Assembly: GCA_040756875.1 (NCBI GenBank) | Contig: JBFLYH010000002.1 | Location: 574,526-638,525 of the forward strand | Length of the DNA: 64,000 nt | From: a candidate division FCPU426 bacterium | Lineage (GTDB): Bacteria; Oederibacteriota; JAAXVQ01; JAUVAV01 | Direction of reading: 5' to 3' | In this document: piece by piece, positions 59,323-64,000 of the stretch | How positions within the stretch are numbered: the stretch's first letter is position 1 | How the letters are laid out: each line of letters starts with the position of its first letter | Notes under the pieces: model-generated | Databases searched by the model: none | What the model saw: the letters and a program-made list of their open reading frames with translations, nothing else | Told to the model about the DNA's origin: nothing | Position numbers and translations under genes: made by a program

Positions 59323-60486
59323 TTAAGCCACGGTTTGGATCCGCTTGACCGCTTCCTGCAGCCGGTCGTCCGGCGATGTAAGCGAAAAGCGGATGAAGCC
59401 TTCGCCCGCGGGGCCGAAGCCCACGCCGGGCGTGGCCACCACGGCCGCTTGTTCCAACAGGCGGGTCGCGTACTGCGTGGAGTCGAACCCGGCCGGCACC
59501 CGGCACCAGATATAGAAGGTCGCGGCTGGCGGCTGCACCTTGAACCCCGCGGTTTGCAGGCCGGCCACGAACAGGTCGCGGCGCCGGCGGTACACCCGCA
59601 CCAGCTCCGGAACAATCTCCTGGTCGTGCTCCAGCCCGGCCTTCCCCGCCATTTGGACCGCGGACACGGTCCCGGAATCCAGGTTGCCTTTGAGCTGGGC
59701 CAGGGCGTCGACCAGTTCCCGGCGGCCGCAGGCAAAACCGAGCCGCCAGCCGGTCATGGAAAAGGTCTTGGAAAAACTGTGGAACTCGATCGCCACTTCG
59801 GAAGCGCCGGGCAATTCCAGGATCGAAGACGGCGGATTGCCCTCGAAATAAATTTCCGAGTAGGCCATGTCGTAGGCCAGAATGACTTCGTGGCGGCGGC
59901 ACCAGGCCACCACCCGCTCCAGAAACTCCCGGTCCGCGGTCGCGGCCGTGGGATTGTTGGGATAATTCAGAAACATCAGCTTGGCCCGGCGCGCCACGTC
60001 TTCGGGGATGGCCTCAAGGTCCGGGAGAAAGCGGTTCTGCTCCAAGAGGGGCAGGCGGAAAGGCTCTGCGCCCGCGAACACCGTGCTCGCGTAATAGACC
60101 GGATAGCCGGGGTCCGGGATCAGCACCACGTCGCCCGGATTGACGAACGCCAGGGGCGCATGCCCGATTCCCTCTTTGCTGCCGATCAGGCACAGGACTT
60201 CCCGCTTCGGGTCCGCCTTGACGCCGAAGCGCCGGAACAGCCAGGCGCTGACCGCCTCCAGGAAATCGCTGCGGCCGCGGCCCAGGGGATACTGGTGGTT
60301 GCGGGGATCTTGGCTCGCGGCCTGGAGCGCGTCCAGGATCAGCTTCGGCGTGGGCAGGTCCGGATCGCCCACGCCCAGGTCGATCACGTCCACGCCGCGG
60401 GCCAGGGCGGCCCGCTTTTGGTTGTCGATTTCAACGAACAAATACGGCGGCAGGGCTTGCAGCCGCCGGGGCAGGACGACGTTCAT
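59323..60486 (-). CDS. dapL: LL-diaminopimelate aminotransferase (class I PLP)
   Basis: PPYLF, GSKEGI, NYPNNPT, SFSKTFSMTGWR; dap operon context. Confidence 0.8.
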   Translation of the reverse strand: MNVVLPRRLQALPPYLFVEIDNQKRAALARGVDVIDLGVGDPDLPTPKLILDALQAASQDPRNHQYPLGRGRSDFLEAVSAWLFRRFGVKADPKREVLCLIGSKEGIGHAPLAFVNPGDVVLIPDPGYPVYYASTVFAGAEPFRLPLLEQNRFLPDLEAIPEDVARRAKLMFLNYPNNPTAATADREFLERVVAWCRRHEVILAYDMAYSEIYFEGNPPSSILELPGASEVAIEFHSFSKTFSMTGWRLGFACGRRELVDALAQLKGNLDSGTVSAVQMAGKAGLEHDQEIVPELVRVYRRRRDLFVAGLQTAGFKVQPPAATFYIWCRVPAGFDSTQYATRLLEQAAVVATPGVGFGPAGEGFIRFSLTSPDDRLQEAVKRIQTVA

Positions 60487-60887
60487 GGTTCCTTTTCCTC
60501 CGTGCCCGGCGTTTCCCTTAAAATCGTTTCGTTGTGATCCGTGGCCTCCCACGAGGTGGGCCGGGCTTCCCTCCACGCGGGGTAATGCGCCTTCATCCAG
60601 TCATCGGCCGCCTCCTGCAGCGTCAGGGAGGACCCGAATTCCAGTTTGCCGGCTTTTACCAGGTTCTCGGTCTGCAGCCATTTGTGGTTGAGTATTTCCT
60701 GGTAGATCTCGCGGGCCTCGGGCTCGGGAATGACTTTGCCGGTCAGTTTGCTGAGTTTGAGGGTGTACTGCCCGTCCTTGATCGGCTCGATCACGGCCTG
60801 CCAGACGTTGTTGCGCGTGATCTCCACGTCCACGATTCCGTAGCCCAGCATGGTGATGCCCTTGCGGTCGAGTTTAATCGCGCTCAT
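60483..60887 (-). CDS. DUF4032-like small protein
   Basis: IYQEILNHKW..E......EAADDW. Confidence 0.55.
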   Translation of the reverse strand: MSAIKLDRKGITMLGYGIVDVEITRNNVWQAVIEPIKDGQYTLKLSKLTGKVIPEPEAREIYQEILNHKWLQTENLVKAGKLEFGSSLTLQEAADDWMKAHYPAWREARPTSWEATDHNETILRETPGTEEKEP

Positions 60888-60944
60888 GGTCGCAGCATCC
60901 TTTCTCCGTCGTGTGAACAGGATATCAGAAAACCCCGCCAGCCA

Positions 60945-61748
60945 CTACGCTTTTTCCAGGCCCAGCACTTCGGCCATGCCGTAAAAACCCGGCGGCTGGC
61001 CGTGAATCCAGGCCGCGGCCCGGACCGCGCCGCGCGCCAGGGTGTCCCGGGAATGGAGCTGGTGCCTTAATTCCAGACGTTCGCCCGGCCCGGCGAAGAG
61101 CGCGATATGGTCGCCGACGATGTCGCCGCCGCGCACGGCGTGCACGCCGACCTCGTCCTGCGGCCTGGGGCCGACCAGCCCTTCCCGGCCGTAAACCGCG
61201 TGGCGCTTGGGGTCCAGACCCCGGCCGTGGCAGATGGCTTCCAGCAGTGTGACGGCCGTGCCTGAAGGCGCGTCCTTTTTCTGGTTGTGGTGGGCTTCGA
61301 TGATCTCCGCGTTGAAGGCCGGTCCCAAAACCGCGGCCGCCTGCCGGGCCAGGGCCCACAGCAGGTTCACGCCCAGGGAATAATTGGTGGCGTAGACCAC
61401 GGGCCGGCTGCGGCCGGCTGCGCGCAACTGGTCCAGTTGTTCAGGCGTCAAGCCCGTGGTGCCGACCACCAGGGCGCATTCGCGGGACAGGCCCGCGTCC
61501 AGCAGGGCCAGCGTGGCTTCGGGCGCGGTGAAATCGATCACGACCTGGCAGGCGCCCGGTGCCGGCGCAGCGGCGATGGGCACCCCGAGGGAATTGATGC
61601 CCGCCACCAGACCCGCGTCCTGGCCCACATGGCTTTCGCCCGGGCGTTCCCAGGCCGAAGCGAGCTTGAACTGTCCCTGTTCGGCCACGGCCCGCACCAA
61701 GGCCCGGCCCATCTTTCCCGCAGCACCCGCAATGCCGACAGTGATCAT
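60945..61748 (-). CDS. dapB: 4-hydroxy-tetrahydrodipicolinate reductase
   Basis: GAAGKMG, IDFT, GTTG, EAHHNQKKDAPSGTA. Confidence 0.96.
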   Translation of the reverse strand: MITVGIAGAAGKMGRALVRAVAEQGQFKLASAWERPGESHVGQDAGLVAGINSLGVPIAAAPAPGACQVVIDFTAPEATLALLDAGLSRECALVVGTTGLTPEQLDQLRAAGRSRPVVYATNYSLGVNLLWALARQAAAVLGPAFNAEIIEAHHNQKKDAPSGTAVTLLEAICHGRGLDPKRHAVYGREGLVGPRPQDEVGVHAVRGGDIVGDHIALFAGPGERLELRHQLHSRDTLARGAVRAAAWIHGQPPGFYGMAEVLGLEKA

Positions 61749-61757
61749 GGCAGCCTC

Positions 61758-62636
61758 CTACTTCAACAGGCCGAAATCAGCCATGGCCTGGCGCAGCTTC
61801 TGCCGGGTATCTTCCGCCACCGGTACCAGGGGCAGACGCAGGTCTCCGGCGCAAAATCCCATTAAAGCCGCGGCGGCTTTCACCGGGCCGGGGCTGGTTT
61901 CCAGGAACAGCGCCTTCACCAGCGGCAGCAGGCGTTCGTGCTGGGCCAGGGCCTGGGCGGTCTTTCCGGCTTCCCAAAATTCCACCAGATTGGCGGTCTC
62001 CCGCGGGGCGATGTTCGCCACCACGGAAATGACGCCCGTGCCGCCCATGGCCAGGACCGGCAAGGTCAGGGCGTCGTCGCCGGACAGGATCGGCACGCGG
62101 TCCCCCAGCAGGGTGTGCAGGCGGCTGATCTGTTCCAGGCTGCCGGACGCTTCCTTGACGCCGACCAGCAGCGGGCAAGCCTGGCTGATCCGGGCGATGG
62201 TTTCGGGCAGAACGTTCACGCCCGTGCGGCCCTGGATGTTGTAGAGGATGAAGGGAAAATCCGTGGCTTCCGCGATTTTCATGTAATGCTGATAGAGGCC
62301 TTCCTGGGTCGGCCGGTTGTAGTAGGGCGCCACGGACAGCGCGGCGTCCGCGCCCGCGGCCTTGGCCGCGCGCGTCAGCTCGATTGCCTCCACCGTGTTG
62401 TTGGACCCGGTTCCCGCGACCACGGGGACGCGCTTGGCCGTGATCTCCACGGTCAGGGCGATGACGCGCTCGTGTTCCTCCACGCTGAGCGTGGAAGATT
62501 CGCCGGTGGTGCCGCACGGCACCAGGCCGTGCGTGCCCCCGCTGATCTGGAATTCGATCAGGCGCTTGAGGGCCTCCTCGTCCACCCGTCCCTGGCGAAA
62601 GGGCGTAATCAGTGCGACCAGCGAGCCTCGGTACAT
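61758..62636 (-). CDS. dapA: 4-hydroxy-tetrahydrodipicolinate synthase
   Basis: GTTGES, PYYN, LYNIQGRT, GVKEASG, SGDD. Confidence 0.96.
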   Translation of the reverse strand: MYRGSLVALITPFRQGRVDEEALKRLIEFQISGGTHGLVPCGTTGESSTLSVEEHERVIALTVEITAKRVPVVAGTGSNNTVEAIELTRAAKAAGADAALSVAPYYNRPTQEGLYQHYMKIAEATDFPFILYNIQGRTGVNVLPETIARISQACPLLVGVKEASGSLEQISRLHTLLGDRVPILSGDDALTLPVLAMGGTGVISVVANIAPRETANLVEFWEAGKTAQALAQHERLLPLVKALFLETSPGPVKAAAALMGFCAGDLRLPLVPVAEDTRQKLRQAMADFGLLK

Positions 62637-62647
62637 GGAATCCTCCT

Positions 62648-63523
62648 TCAGGCGCAAGCCGGGGCCGGCCGGTCCGGCGGCGTGAACGCCGTCGCCTCGT
62701 CGGCCGCTTCGGCCCAATAGACCAGGCGGGCTTCACCGCGCTGGGTGATCTCCGAAAAGCCGGCGGGGCCGGCCGTGAAATTCATCTCCAGTTCCAGGCC
62801 GCTGCGCGTGAGCACGGCCACCGGCGGCCGCACCAGGCCGCGGGCGGCGGCCAGGAGCGAGGCCGCAGCCACGCCCGTGCCGCAGGCCAGGGTTTCGTCC
62901 TCCACGCCGCGCTCGTACGTGCGCACGCTCAGGCGGTTCGGCCCGAGCACCTGGCAGAAATTGACGTTCGTGCCCTGGGGTGCAAACGCCGGGTGCAGGC
63001 GCACTTCGCGGCCCAGGCCCTTCACATCCTCGCGCTCCACCGCGTCGGTGAAAAAAACCGCGTGCGGAACCCCGGTATCGATGGAATCCGCCTCCCGCTC
63101 GCCGGTCGAGAGGACCAGGCGCAGGCCGGTTTGCTGCCGGGCGGGCGCAGGCAGGCTCAGGCGGACCCGGCTGCCTTCCACGCGCGCCGTGTACACGCCC
63201 GAAGCCGAGCTGAAGCGCAGGTCCCGGCCTTCTTCGCCCACGTTGACCAGCACCGCGAACCGGGCCAGGCAGCGCCCGCCGTTGCCGCACATGGCGGCCT
63301 CGGAGCCGTCGGCGTTGAAATAACGCATGGAAAAATCTAGGCCCGGGCCGGCGGCCGGCCCCAGCAGCATCAGGCCGTCCGCGCCCACGCTGAAGCGCCG
63401 GCTGCAGAGTTTGGCGATCCAGCGAGGGTCAGGCTCCGGCACCTGCCCCTGGCGGTTGTCGAAAACGATGAAATCATTGCCCGCACCGGTCATCTTGGCG
63501 AAACGCAGCGTCATGGCCGTCAT
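62648..63523 (-). CDS. dapF: Diaminopimelate epimerase
   Basis: [14 protein letters not shown]...[20 protein letters not shown]. Confidence 0.96.
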   Translation of the reverse strand: MTAMTLRFAKMTGAGNDFIVFDNRQGQVPEPDPRWIAKLCSRRFSVGADGLMLLGPAAGPGLDFSMRYFNADGSEAAMCGNGGRCLARFAVLVNVGEEGRDLRFSSASGVYTARVEGSRVRLSLPAPARQQTGLRLVLSTGEREADSIDTGVPHAVFFTDAVEREDVKGLGREVRLHPAFAPQGTNVNFCQVLGPNRLSVRTYERGVEDETLACGTGVAAASLLAAARGLVRPPVAVLTRSGLELEMNFTAGPAGFSEITQRGEARLVYWAEAADEATAFTPPDRPAPACA

Positions 63524-64000
63524 CTCCGTCCCGGCGCAGCCAGGGCCTCGTCCTGTTCCAGGGCCATCAAATCCGTGTAGGTTTCCCGGCGCCGAATCAA
63601 GCGCGCCCGGCTGCCGGAAACCAGCACCTCGGCCGGCCGCGGCCGCGAATTGTAATTCGACGCCATGGCCATGCCGTACGCGCCGGCGCTGCGGACCACG
63701 AGCAGGTCGCCGGATTCCAGCTTGGGCAGGCGCCGGTCCTTGCCCAAGAAATCGCCGGACTCGCAGATCGGGCCGACCACGTCCGTCAGCACCGGCCGGC
63801 TCGCGCGCCCCCGGCGGACGGGCAGAATCTGGTGAAACGCTCCGTACAAGCTGGGGCGGATCAAATCGTTCATGCCCGCGTCCACGATGGCGAAGGTCTT
63901 GACGTGCCCGCGCTTGACGTACTGCACGGCGGTCAGCAGCACGCCGGCATTGCCCACGATGAAGCGGCCGGGCTCCAGGATCAGGCGGCACTGCAGGGGC
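63520..64000 (-). CDS. lysA: Diaminopimelate decarboxylase, 3' part (starts beyond the window)
   Basis: [43 protein letters not shown]. Confidence 0.95.
   Translation of the reverse strand, partial: PLQCRLILEPGRFIVGNAGVLLTAVQYVKRGHVKTFAIVDAGMNDLIRPSLYGAFHQILPVRRGRASRPVLTDVVGPICESGDFLGKDRRLPKLESGDLLVVRSAGAYGMAMASNYNSRPRPAEVLVSGSRARLIRRRETYTDLMALEQDEALAAPGRR

Overview
High-GC chromosomal DNA from a diderm (LPS-making) bacterium. About 62 protein genes are recognisable and all lie on the minus strand; the long plus-strand ORFs are antisense shadows. In transcription order (right to left): lysA(partial)-dapF-dapA-dapB-DUF4032-dapL-folK-dNK-panBCD-nadA-nadX; nfo flanked by several degenerate-looking enzymes; mnmA; uvrA; a Cys-rich GGDEF protein; a three-gene secreted-protein cluster; rpoN-hpf-ptsN-hprK-yvcK-mannose-class PTS-HPr-EI-galU-tagA-sigma54 activator; dnaK; degP; metK-ahcY; an outer-membrane barrel/lipoprotein group; msbA with ADP-heptose/KDO genes; and surface proteins. 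Thr/Pro-linker proteins with YPNP-type C-terminal domains suggest an uncultured lineage such as FCPU426 (inference only). Best leads: (1) two paralogous pilin-like secreted proteins plus a protein made only of a matching N-terminal strand, a Thr/Pro stalk and a T9SS-like C-terminal domain, a candidate donor-strand fibre with its anchor; (2) a PorV/TraF-like barrel fused to Ig-like and OmpA domains; (3) a two-gene nucleotidyltransferase cassette between exact 37-bp direct repeats at the 3' end of the sigma54 activator; (4) a sigma54 promoter with palindromic enhancer upstream of a stand-alone dnaK; (5) several palindromic repeat types, some apparently inserted in frame into genes. No rRNA, tRNA, CRISPR array, integrase or transposase was seen. 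All calls come from reading motifs by eye; no database searches were run.
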